Below are positions 12,895 through 26,394 of a DNA stretch of 64,000 nt, in pieces. A program made the translations under genes and the position numbers. The notes beneath the pieces were generated by a model. The model was not told the DNA's origin. It saw nothing but the letters and a program-made list of their open reading frames with translations, and made no database searches. This stretch comes from the human T2T-CHM13v2.0 reference genome, Homo sapiens. The number at the start of each line of letters is the position of its first letter. Position 1 is the first letter of the stretch. The stretch lies in assembly GCF_009914755.1 (NCBI RefSeq), contig NC_060947.1; one strand, 5' to 3'.

Positions 12895-13890
12895 CAAGAC
12901 ATACACTTTAGATACAAAAATAAAAATAGATTTAAAGTATAAGGATGAGACAGGATATATCATGAAACCAATAACTAATAGTGAGCTTGTGTATCTATGC
13001 TAATATCAGACAAAATAGACTTTTAAAAATTGTTTTGAGATGAAAAGAATACTGTTTTATGATAAAAGGGTCATTTTATCAACAATATGTATGAATCATA
13101 AATACATATGTATTTTCGACAATGTCCCAAAATATATGAAGAAAAAACTGACAAAATTAAAGGGAGAAATAGACAATTCTACAATAGTATTTACAGTCTT
13201 CAATATCCCACTTCTAGAATGGGTAGAATCACTAGGCATAAAGTAAACAAGAAAATATAGGACTTGAATAAACCAACTAGACCTAAATGACATCTATAGA
13301 ACACTCCACCCAACAATAGCAGAATATAATTTTTATGTACACCTTAAATAATTTTATAACAGAACATATGTTAGGCCATGAAACAATTCTCAAAATACTT
13401 CAAGATGTAATTCATACTAAGTATATTCTTTAACTAAATAAAATAAAATTATAAATCAATTACCAGAAGAAATTTGAGAAATTCACAATTATGTGAAAAT
13501 GAAAGAACATGCTCTTAAATAACCAATGGATTAAAGAAAAAATCAAAAAAGAAATTGCAAACTACACTGAAAGAAAAACAAGTAAATAATGTACCAAAAA
13601 TAATGGAACACAGCAAAAACAGCTCTCAAAGTGACATTTATGGCCGTAAATGCCTACATTTAAAATAGAAATGTCTTAAATTAATAACCTAACCAAACAA
13701 ACTAGAAAAATAAATGTAAACTAAATCCAAAACAAGTAGCAGAAGAAAATAGTGAAGGCTAGATTTAAAATAATAAAGTAGAGGCTGGGAAAAACAATAA
13801 AAGAGATAATTCAAATTTTTTTAAAAAGATGAACAAAATTGACAAACTTTTATCTAGAATGAAAAAAAAGAATATTAAAATTACCAAATC
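12895..13890 (+). mobile_element. Host L1M ORF2 endonuclease region, continuation
   Basis: ORF 13040-13246 (KKKLTKLKGEIDNSTIVFTVFNIPL) is degenerate L1 EN. Confidence 0.85.
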
Positions 13891-14383
13891 AATAAACCTA
13901 CGTGTGCATGTGTCTTTATAGTAGAATGATTTGTAATCCTTTGAGTATTCACAATAGCAAAGACTTGGAACCGACACAAATGCCCATCAATGATAGACTG
14001 GATAAAGAAAATGTGGCACATATATACCATGGAATACTATGCAACCATAAAAAAGAATGAGTTCATGTTCTTTGCAGAGATATGGATGAAGCTGGAAACA
14101 ATCATTTTCAGCAAACTAACACAGGAACAGAAAACCAAAACACTGCATAGTCTCACTCATAAGTGGTAGTTGAACAATGAGAACATATGGGCACAGGGAG
14201 GGAAATATCACACACCAGGGCCTGTCGGGGTGGGGGCAAGGGGAGGCATACCATTAGGAGAAATACCTAATGTAGATGATGGGTTGATGGGTACATTAAA
14301 CCACTATGGCACATGTATACCTATGTAACAAACGTGCACATTCCGCACATGTATCCCAGAACTTAAAGAATTAAAAAAAAAAA
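13891..14383 (+). mobile_element. 5'-truncated L1PA (about PA7-8) 3' end with a ~57-bp inverted 5' segment and poly(A)
   Basis: Canonical L1PA 3' UTR ending atcccagaacttaaag plus A-tail. 13891-13947 is antisense L1PA. Confidence 0.92.
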
Positions 14384-14451
14384 AGGAAATACCGAATAAG
14401 GTGAAAAGGGGGCATTTACTGTGGAGCTTACAGAAATAAACAGGCTATTGT

Positions 14452-14898
14452 CAAAGACTTGGAACCAACCCAAACGTCCATCAATGATAGACTGGGTAAA
14501 GAAAATATGGCACATATATACCATGGAATACTATGCAGCCATGAAAAAGAATGAGTTCATGTCCTTTGCAGGGACATGGATGAAGCTGGAAGCCATCATT
14601 CTCAGAAAACTAACACAGGAACAGAAAACCAAACACTGCATTTCTCACTCATAAGTGGGAGTTGAACAGTGAGAACACATAGACACAGGGAGAGGAACAT
14701 CACACACCAGGGCCCGTTGGGGGTTGGGGGGCAAGGGGAAGGAGAGCATTAGGACAAATGCTTAATGTATGCAGGGCTTAAAACCTAGATGACGAGTTGA
14801 TAGGTGCAGCAAACCACCATGGCACATGTATATCTATGTAACAAACCTGCATGTTCTGCAAATGTATTCCAGAACCTAAAGTAAAATTAAAAAAAAAA
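14452..14898 (+). mobile_element. Second 5'-truncated L1PA 3' end with target-site duplication
   Basis: ORF2 C-terminus KTWNQPKRPSMIDWVKKIWHIYTMEYYAA. TSD agaaataaacaggctattgt / agaaataaataagctattgt. Confidence 0.92.
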
Positions 14899-15070
14899 GA
14901 AATAAATAAGCTATTGTATAAGCAATAATACACTAACATATAACTTATAAAAAATGGAAAAAGCCCTACTGAAACTGACTCAAGAAGAAACAGAAGCTTG
15001 TAACAACTAAAGCAATCCAATTGATAATGAAAAACTTCTCCATAATAAAAAGTCCATGAATAGATTGCCT

Positions 15071-17061
15071 TGATACGGTTTGGGTATTTGTCCTCACCAA
15101 ATCTCATGTTGGAATTTAATCCCCAATATTGGATGTTGGGTCTGGTGGGAGGTAATTTGATCCTGAGGTTGGGTATTTCATGAATGATTTGGCACCATCT
15201 CCTGGATGCTGTCCTTGTGATACTAAATAATTTCTCATGAGATCTGGCTGTTTAAAACTGTGTGGCACCCTCTCCTTCTCTCTCTTGATCCTGCTCTTTC
15301 CGTGTGATAAGTTGACTTCCCCTTTGCCTTCTGCCATAATTGTAAGTTTCCTAAATCTCTCACTAGAAGCAGATGCTGGAGCCATGTTTCCTCTGCAGCC
15401 TGCAGAAACATAAGCAAATTTAATCTCTTTTCTTTATAAATTACCTAGCCTCAAGTATTTACTTATAGTAATGTGGGAACAGCATAACACAAAAAGTTGG
15501 TGTTGAGGAGAAGGACATTCCTATAAACATACCTGAAAATGTGGAAGTGGCTTTAAAACTGTGTAATGAGCAGAAGTTGGGAGAGTTTGGAGGGCTCAGA
15601 AGAAGACAGGAACAGGAGTGAATGCTTAGAACTTCTTAGAGACTGGTTAAATGATTGTGAAGAAAACGTTGATAGCGATATGGACAGTGAAGTACAGGCT
15701 AAGGTCTCAGATAGAAATGAGGAACTTACTGGAAACTGGACCAAAAGTCATGCATGTTGTAACTTATTAAAGAGCTTGGACACATTTTGTTTATACCCTA
15801 GGTGTTTGTAGAAGTCTTAACTTAATCACTCTAAGTGATTACTTAGGGTAACTAGTGGAAGAAATTTCTAATCAGCAAAGCATGCATGATGTGGCCTGGC
15901 TGCTTTTAATAGCTTATGCTCAGCTTTGGGAGAAAAAAAATTAAAGTTGAAACTTATATATAAAGGCAAAGCAGAGCATAAAAGCTTGGAAAATTTGCAG
16001 CCCGGCCATGTGGCAAAGACAGAAAAGCACTATTTTGAGAATAATCCAAGGAGACTGTGGAGCAACTACTTGCTAGAGATATGAGCATAACTAAAAAGGA
16101 GCCAAGTGCTAATAGCCAAGACAATGCTAATAGCCGATGGCTAATAGCCAATTCCAAGTAGTCTCTAGCACCTCAACTTTAACCTGTGAGAAAAGCTGTA
16201 GAGGTTATCCCCTTTAGAGACACAGAGGTGGAGCTGCCCAAGGCCTTGGGAGCCCACCTTTTACACCAGTGTGCCCTGTATGCAGGACATGGAGTCAACG
16301 GAGTTTATTTTGGAGCTGTAAGACTTAAGTACTGCTCTACTGGGTTTCGGACTTGTGTAGGGCCTGTAGACCCTTTATTTTGACTAATTTATTCCTTTTG
16401 GATTGAAAATATTTACTCAATGCCTGTACTCCCATTGTATTTTGCAAGTAAACAACTTGTTTTTTATTTTACAGGCTTATAGGTGGAAGGCACTTGCCTT
16501 GTCTCAAATGAGACTTTAGACTTCAGAAATTTGTGTGATGCTGAAAGGAGTTGAGAGTTTTGGGGGACTATTGGAAGAAGGTGATTGTATTTTGCAATCT
16601 GAGAAGAATATTATATTTGAGGGATTGGGGGTGGGATAATATATTTCGAATATTTTTTTCCTGCCAAATCTAATGTTGAAATGTTATCTCCACTAGTGGA
16701 GGTGGGGCCTGCAGTCAGGTGATTGGATTTTGGGCACAGATTTCTCATGAATGGTTTTGTATAATCTCCTTGAAGGTATCCTTGTGATATTAAATTATTT
16801 CTCATAAGATCTGGTTGTTTAAATGTATGTGACACCTTTCCTCCTTGCTCTCTCTTGCTCCTGCTCTCACCATGTGTTATGCTGGCTTCTTCTTCAACTT
16901 CCATTATAATTGTAAACTCCCTGAGGCCCTCACCAGAAGCAGATGCCAGCACTATGATTCCTGTACAACCTGCAGAACTGTAAGCCAATTAAACCTCTTT
17001 TCTTTATAAATTGCCCTGCTTCAGGGATTTCTTCATATCTATGTGAGCACAGCCTAATGCA
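15071..17061 (+). mobile_element. MST-type MaLR provirus: LTR ~15071-15490, internal ~15491-16630, LTR ~16635-17061
   Basis: Two homologous LTRs (ccaaatctcatgttg...agaagcagatgc...cctgcagaa...ctcttttctttataaatt) flanking MaLR-int (gagggctcagaagaagacagg). Interrupts the host L1 at gattgcct|...cattggtgaatt. Confidence 0.9.
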
Positions 17062-17770
17062 GACATCATTGGTGAATTTTGTGTTTTTTTTTTAACAAAT
17101 GACAAATCATAGTTATATAAACCCTCGTGTCTATTGCAGCATTATTCATAATAGCCAAAGTATAAAACAGCTTATGTCCATCTACAAATTTTTAAACAAA
17201 AATTAATACAAATTCTCCCCAAATTTTTCCAAAAAATAGAATATGTAGGAACACATTTAAACTCAATTTATGAAGCCAATATTATTGTTATGCAAACCTT
17301 ACAATAATAAGACTAACATACCTCATGAACATAAATTCAAAAATTTGTAACACAATAATAGCAAACTGAATCCAGCAACATATAAAATAATTATACATCA
17401 TGACAAAGTTGGATTGTATTAGTAAATGCAAAGTTGGTTAAACATATAAATATCAATCACGTAATATTTATATTCATAAAACAAAGAACAGAAACCTCTG
17501 ATCATTTCAATAGGTGTTGAGAAAACATTAACAAAATTTAACATCATTTCATGACAAGAATATTTAAGAAATTAAGAGAAGGGAACTTCCTGACTATGAT
17601 AGAGGGCATTTGAAAATTTTATGGCTAAAAAGATGAATGCTGTCTCTGTAAGATCAGAAACAAGCCAAAGATGTCTTATCTTGCCATTTTTATTTAACAT
17701 AGTACTGGGAGTTCTAACCAAGGCAATTAGAAAGAAAAAGAAATTAATATTCAGATTGGAGAGAAAAAAA
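17062..17770 (+). mobile_element. Host L1M ORF2 RT region, continuation
   Basis: ORF 17621 (RSETSQRCLILPFLFNIVLGVLTKAIRK). Confidence 0.82.
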
Positions 17771-17775
17771 GGAAT

Positions 17776-19187
<1,412 letters not shown>

Positions 19188-22100
19188 GCTATTCTAGTTC
19201 TTTAAGATGCATTAATAAGCCATTTACTTGACATTTGTCTACTTTTAAATTTTTAAAATTTTTAATTTTGTGTGTATATAGTAGGTGTATATATTTATGG
19301 GGCACATGGGATGTTTTGTCACAGGCATACAATGTGAAATAAGTACATAATAAATAATGGGGTATACATCTCCTTAAGCATTTTTCCATTGAGTTGCAAA
19401 CAATCCAATTATACTCATTATTTAAAAATGTACAGTTATTGTTGACTGTAGTCACCCTGTTTGCTATCAAATAGTAGGTTTCTATTATCCTTTCTATTGT
19501 GTGTACCAATTAATCATCCCAATCTCCCCTCTGGACCTCTATTTCCCTTCCCAGCCTCTGGTAACCATCCTTCTACTCTCTAGCTCCATGAGTTCAATTG
19601 TTTTAATTACTATATCTCACATATAAGTGAAAACATGCAGCATTTGTCTTTCTGTGCCTGGTTTATTTCACATAACAATGATCTCTAGTTCTATCTATGT
19701 TGCTGCAAATGACTGGAACTCACTGTTTTTTATGGCTGAATAATACTCCATTGTGTATATATACCACATTTTCTTTATCCATTTACCTAATAATAGACAC
19801 TTAGTTTGCTTCCAAATTTTAGCTATTGTAAACAGTGCTGTGGCAAACATAAAAGTGCAGATATTTCTTTGACAGACTGGTTTCCTTTCTTTTGTGTATA
19901 TACCCAGCAGTGGGATTGCTGAATCATATCGTAGCTATATTTTCAGTTTTTTGAGGAACCATGAAGATGTTCTCCATAGTGGTTTTACTAATTTACATTA
20001 GCACCAACAGTACACAAGGGTTTCCTTTTCTCTATAGCCTCATCAGCATTTGTTATTACTGACTTTCTTTTGTATATAAGCCATTTTAACTGCAGTGAGA
20101 TGATATCTCATTGTAGTTTTGATTTGTATTTCTCTGATGATCAATCAAAGATGCTGAGCACGTTTTCATATGCCAGTTTGCCATTTGTATGTCTTCTTTT
20201 GAGAAATATCTATTCAAATCTTTGCCCATCCTTTGATTGGATTATTATATTTTTTCCTATAGAGTTGTTTGGGTTCCTTATGTATTCTTGTTAAAAATCT
20301 TTTGGCAGATGGGTAGGTTGTAAATATTTTCTCATATTTTGTGGGTTGTCTCTTCACTTTGTTGATCGTATCTGTGCTGTACACAAGCTTTATAAACTTA
20401 ACGTAATCACATTTGTCTGTTTATGCTTTGGTTGCCTGTGCTTGTGGGGTATTCCTCAAGAAATTTTTGCCAAGACCAAAGTCCTAGGTATTCCCCCAAT
20501 GTTTTCTTGTAGTAGTTTCATGGCTTGAGGTCTTAGGTTTAAGTCTTTAATCCATTTTTATTTTTTATTTAATGGTTTTATGTAATCAGAGATAGGAGTC
20601 CAGTTTCATTCTTTTGCATATAGATATCCAGTCTTCACAGCACCATTTATCGAAAAGACTGTTTTTTCCCCAGTGTATGTTATTGGCAAGTATGTCAAAA
20701 TATGAGTTCACTGTAGGGTGTGGATTTGTTTCTGCATTTGCTATCCTGTTCCATTGGTCTATGTGTATGTTTTTATGCCAGTACCATGTTGTTTTGGTTA
20801 CTATTGTTCTGTAGTATAATTTGAAGTCAAGTGACATGATTCCTCCAGCTTTGTTTTGTTTTTTTCTTTTTTTTTTCCCATAGGATAACACTGGCTATTC
20901 TGGGTCTTTTGTGGTTCCATACAAATTGTAGGATTCTTTCTAAATATTTCTGTGAAGATCGTCATTGATATTTTGAAAGGGATTGAACTGAATCTGTAGA
21001 TTGCCTTGGGTAGTATGGACATTTAAAAAATATTGATTCTTTTAATCCATAAACATGAAATATTTTCCCATTTTTTGTGTCCTTGTCAATTACTTTCATC
21101 AGTGTTTTATAATTTCCATTATATAAATCTTTCATTTATTTGGTTAAGTTTATTCCTAGGTATTTAATTTTATGTGTTGCTATTGTAAATGAGATTACTT
21201 TATATTTCTTTCTTGCATTGTTCACTGTTGGCATATACAAATGCTACTGATTTTTGTATATTGGTTTTGTATCCTGCAACTTCACTGAATTTATTTATCA
21301 GTTCTAATTTTTTTTGGTAGGACCTTTAGATTTTTCCAAATATATTATCTGCAAACAGTGATATTTTTACTTCTTCCTTTCCATCTTGGATGCCCTTTAC
21401 ATCTTTGTCTTGTCTAATTGTCCCAGCTAGAACTTCCAGTACTATGTTGAATAACAGTGGTGACAGTAGGCATCCTTGTCGTGTTCCAGATCTTATAGAA
21501 AAGGTTTTCACATTTTCCACATTCAGGGTAATATTAGCTGTGGGTCTGTCCTATGTGGCTTTTGTTATGTTAAGGTATGTTTTATCTACACCCAGTTTTT
21601 TGAAGGTTTTTATAATGAAAGGATGTTGAATTTTAACAAATGTTTTTGAAATGATCATGTAGTTTTATTTTTTATTCTATTGATATGATGTATCACATTG
21701 TTTGATTTGCATATGTTGAACCATCCTTACATCCCAGGGATAAATCCACTTTGACTTGATGAGTATTCTTTCTAGTGTATTGTTGAATTTGGTTTGCTAG
21801 TGTGTTGTTGAGGATTTTTGCATCAATATTCATCAGAGATATTGGCCTGCAGCTTTATTTTTATGACGTGCCTTTGCCTGGTTTTGGTATCATGGTAATA
21901 TTGGCCTTGTAAAATGAGTTTGGAAGTATTCCCTTCTCCTCTATTCTTCGGAATAGTTTGAGTAAGATTGGTATTAGATTTTTAAAAAATGTTTGGTAGA
22001 ATTCAGCAGTGAAGCCCTTAGGTCCTGGACTTTCTTTACTGGGAGATTTTTTATTATGGCTTTGATTTTGCTATTTGTTATTGGCCTGTTCATGTTTTGG

Positions 22101-23137
22101 ATTTCTTCATGTTTCAATCTTGGTAGGATTTATGCATCTAGAAATTTGATATTCCAATTTATTGGTATATAGTTTGTCATAGTAGCCACTGATGATTCCT
22201 TGAATTTCTGCAGTGTCAATTGTAATGTCTCCTTTTTCATTCCTGATTTTGCTTATTTGCATTTTTTCTCTTTTTTTAAGTCTGAATAAAGATATGTCAT
22301 TTTTTAAACTTTTCTAAAAAACAATTTTTTTGTTTCATTAATTTTCTTTGTTTTTTATTTTAATTTCATTTATGTCTTCTCTGATTTTTATTATTTCTTT
22401 TCTTCTGGTAATTTTGGTTTGGTTTGCCCTTGGTTTTCTAGTTTTTAAAGATGCATTGTTAGATTGTTTATTTGAAGATTATTCTCTTTTTGATGTTGTC
22501 ACTTACAGCTATAAAATTCCCTCTTACTACTGCTTTTGCTGTATACTATAAGTTACGATCTATTCTTGAGAATATACCTTGTGCTGAAGAGAAAAATGTG
22601 TATGCTGCTGCTCTTGGATAAAATGTTCTGTAAATAGCTATTAGATTATTTTGGTCTATAGTGTAGGTTAAGTCTGATGTTTCTTGATTTTCTTTCTGGA
22701 AGACCTGTCCAATGCTGAAATTGGGGTGTTAAAGCCTCCAGGTATTATTGTATTAGAGCCTATCTCTCTCTTTAGCTCTAATAATAGTTGGTTCATATAT
22801 CGGGGTGCTCCAGTGTTGGGTGCATATATATTTAAAATTATATGATTTTATACTGACATATAAAATACATATCATATATAATAAATGATATAGGTATAAT
22901 TTTATAATGATATATAAAAATCATATATATTTGCTGATTTGAGCCCTTTATCATTATATAGTGACCTTCTTTATCTCTTGTAAATTTTTGTCTTGAAACC
23001 TATTTTGTCTGATATAATATAGTGACTCATGCTTTTTTTATTTTTTATTAGCATAAAATATCCTTTCCATCTCATTATTTTCAGTCTGTGTGTGTCTTTA
23101 TAGGTGAAGTATGTTTGTTTTAGGCAAAAGATCAAGG

Positions 23138-23166
23138 GATATATATATATGTATATATATATATAT
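23138..23166. repeat. (TA)n microsatellite. A second AT-rich low-complexity expansion lies at ~22838-22930
   Basis: Direct reading. Confidence 0.9.
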
Positions 23167-25059
23167 TATTCATTCTATGTCTTTTAAGTGGGAAATTTAG
23201 TCCGTTTGCATTCAATGTTATTATTTATAAATAAGGACTTACTCCTGCCACTTTGTAATTTGTTTTCTGGTTGTTTTGTGGTCTTCTCTTTCTTTTTTTC
23301 TTTTATTCCCGTCTTCTGCTGGTGAAGATAATTTTCTCTGGTGATATAATTTAGTTTTTTGCTTCTTATTTTTTGTGTATCCATTGTATGTTTTCTGGTT
23401 TTAGGTTATCATGAGGCTTGCAAATATTATTTTAGAACCCATTATTTTAACCTCATACCAACTTAAGGCTACTTGTGTAGAGAAACAAACAAACAAAAAT
23501 AAACTAATAAAAAACTCTTCTCAACTTTGTCCCACTTTTGGTTGTTTCTATTTATATCTGATTGTACTATGTCTTGAAAATATGTTATAGTTACTATTTT
23601 TTATTGGTTTATCATTTAGTCTTTCTACTTAGGGTAAGAGTAGTTTACAAACCACAGTTCAGTGTTATAATATTGTGTATTTTTTGTGTACTTACTATTT
23701 CCAGTAAATTTTGTACCTACAGGTGATTACTTATGGCTCATTAATGACTTTTTTTTCTGATTGAAGAAATTATCATTTCTTGTAGGATAGCTCTGGTATT
23801 AATAAAATCCCTCAGCTTTTGTTTGTCTGAGAAAGTTTTTATTTCTCCTTCATGTTTGAAGAATTTTTTCAGATATTTTATTATATGATATATGGTAACA
23901 GTTTTTTTTTTCTTCCACACTTTAAATATGTCATGCCACTGTCTCTTGGCCTGTAAGACTTCCACTGAAAAGTTTGCTGCCTAATGTAACGGAGCTCCTT
24001 TGTATTTTATTTATTTATTTTTTCTCTTGCTGCTTTTAGGATCCTTTCTTTATCTTTGACCTTTGAAAGTTTGATGATTAAATGCCTTGAGGTAGTCTTA
24101 TTTTAGTTATATCTGCTTCGTGTTCTATAACCTTCTTGTACTTGAATATTGGTATCTTTCTCTACATTCGGGAAGTTCTCTGTTAATGTCCCCTTGAAAA
24201 AACTTTCTATTCCTATCTCTTTTTCTACCTCCTCTTTAAGGCCAATAACTCTTAGATTTACCCTGTTGAGGTTATTTTCTAGATCATGTAGATCTGATTG
24301 TTTTTTTTTCTTTTGCCTCCTCTGGCTCTGTGTTTTCAAATAGCCTGTCTTCAAACTCACTGATTCTTTCCTTCCTTGATTCATTTTGATATTAAAGACT
24401 CTGATGCATTCTTCAGTATGTCAAATGTATTTTTCAGCTCCAGAATTTTTGCTATATTCTTTTTAGTTATTTCAACCTCGTTGTTAAATTTATCTGATAG
24501 AATTCTGAATTCCTACTCTGTGTTATCTTGAATTTCCTTGAGTTTTCTTAACAGAGCGATTTTGAATTCTCTGTATGAAAGTTCACATGTGTCTCTTCCT
24601 TCCAATTGGTCCCTGGTGCTTTATTTAGTTTATTTTTTGAGGTCATAATTTCCTAGATGGTGTTGATGCTGGTAGATGTTTTGTGTCTAGGTCTTCAAGA
24701 GTTAGGTATTTATTGTAGTATTCACCGTCTGTGCTTATTTGTAGCTGTTTTTCTCTGGAATGCTTCCCAGCTATTTGAAAAACACTGGATGTTGTGATCT
24801 AAGCTATTTCTGGTGTAGGCGGCACCCCAAGCCTGGTAATGCTTTGGTTCTTGAATACTTGTAGAGGTACCACATTGATGGCCTTGGACAAGATTTGGGG
24901 GAATTCTCTTGATTACCAGGCAGAGACTTTTGTTATCTTCATTTACTTTCTCTTAAATATACAAAGTTTCTATCTCTGTTCTGAGCTACCTAAAACTGGA
25001 GGTGGAGTGACACAAGCACCCCTGTGGCCACCACCACTATGAATATGCTGAGTCAGAAC

Positions 25060-25408
25060 TTTTATTAGTCCATTCTCACACTGCTATGAATAAATACGTG
25101 AGACTGGGTAATTTAGAAAGGAAAGAGGTTTAATTGACTCAGACTTCTGCATTGCTGAGGCGGCCTCAGGAAACTTACAATCATGGCAGAAGGCAAAGGT
25201 GAAGCAGGTACTTTCTTCACAGGGCAGTAGGACTGAGTGAGTGCAAGCAGGGGAAATTATAAAACCATCAGGTCTCGTGAGACTCACTCACTATCATAAA
25301 AACAGCATGGTGGAAACTGCCTCCATGATCCAATTACCTTCACCTGGTCCTGCCCTTGTCACATAGGGATAATGGGGATTACAATTCATGATGAAATTTT
25401 GGGTGGTG
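25060..25408 (-). mobile_element. THE1 (C/D-like) LTR lacking its terminal ~20 bp
   Basis: tattagtccattctcacactgctatg...gaggtttaattgactca...aaacttacaatcatggcagaaggc...gattacaattc. Confidence 0.88.
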
Positions 25409-25852
25409 GAATTCAACTAGTATATGACCTTCCTCTAGGATACTTGACGAGTAAAGGAAAAACACCTCAAGTGCACATGTGTATAACTTCAGTAAACACA
25501 TTGTGCATGTGACTCCTCCCACATGCTAACAGGTCATTGTGCATATGGACAGCCCACCCCAAGGGAAGAATCAGGGGATAATTAATGCAACCCCAGAAAC
25601 ATGCCAACATATAAGACCTCAAGTCAAAGGTCAAATGACACACTTGACTCTCTCAAGTCGCTCTTTTGGCCCCCTTGCAAGTGTACTTTACTTCCTTTCA
25701 TTCCTGCTCTAAAAATTTTTAATTAACTTTCACTCCTACCCTAAAACTGGCCTCAATCTCTCCCTCTGCCTTATGGCTCTCAGTTGAATTTTCTTCTGAG
25801 GAGGCAAGAATTGAGGTTGCAGCAGACTTGTATGGATTTGCCACTGCTAACA
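25409..25852 (+). mobile_element. MER41-family ERV1 LTR, 5'-truncated
   Basis: Terminal ttcttctgaggaggcaagaattgaggttgc.gcagac..gtatggatttgccactgctaaca and internal ggacagcccaccccaagggaagaatcagggga. Confidence 0.82.
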
Positions 25853-26394
25853 CTAAGACTTGCCTGGGTTGCAGTCCTTATGGCCTAGACTGCTTTTCAA
25901 GTTTAGAGACAGAGGACACTTTCCCTCTCAGTGGCAAGGTTTGTGGGCATTCAGGATTGGACTTCTGGGATTAGCAATTCTTCTCTGGCTAGGGCTGGTT
26001 TAAACGTTTCCTCTTGGGGCAGACATCAGCTGAGTTTGTTCTGGTTTTCTTTTCTGCTCTAATAGGACAGCACTGAGATCCATGCCTCACATTTACTATG
26101 TTCTCCCTCCCTCATCACCCAGAGAAGCTCTCTGCACCACAGAGCTGCTGCCTGGGGTGGTGGAGAGATGGCATTGGTGAATCGGGACTGTTTTTTTCTA
26201 TCTCTTTAGTGTCCTTTTTGGAAATACGAAGTTAAAAACAGGTACTATGAATCCTCACCTGATTTTTGGCTCTTATGGAGGTTTTCTTTTTTCTTTTCTT
26301 TTTTTTTCTGGGTAGATAGCTGTTTACTTGGTGTTCTTGCAGAGGGAACAATCCTTGGAGTCTTCTATTCTGCCATCTTGCTCCACCTCTTCCT

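Larger units (their letters stand above)
19245..26392 (-). mobile_element. Near full-length L1MA (3' UTR, ORF2, ORF1, 5' UTR), all frames disrupted
   Basis: Collinear ORF2 and ORF1 fragments (20586-21520, 23741-24384). Ends ctgccatcttgctccacc. Probable TSD tctactttt at ~19238 and ~26397. Confidence 0.9.

Noticed and set aside
15566-15811. Similar acidic peptides here and at 63665-63853
   Set aside because: Homologous MST and THE1 internal sequences (known MaLR relic), not a host gene family.
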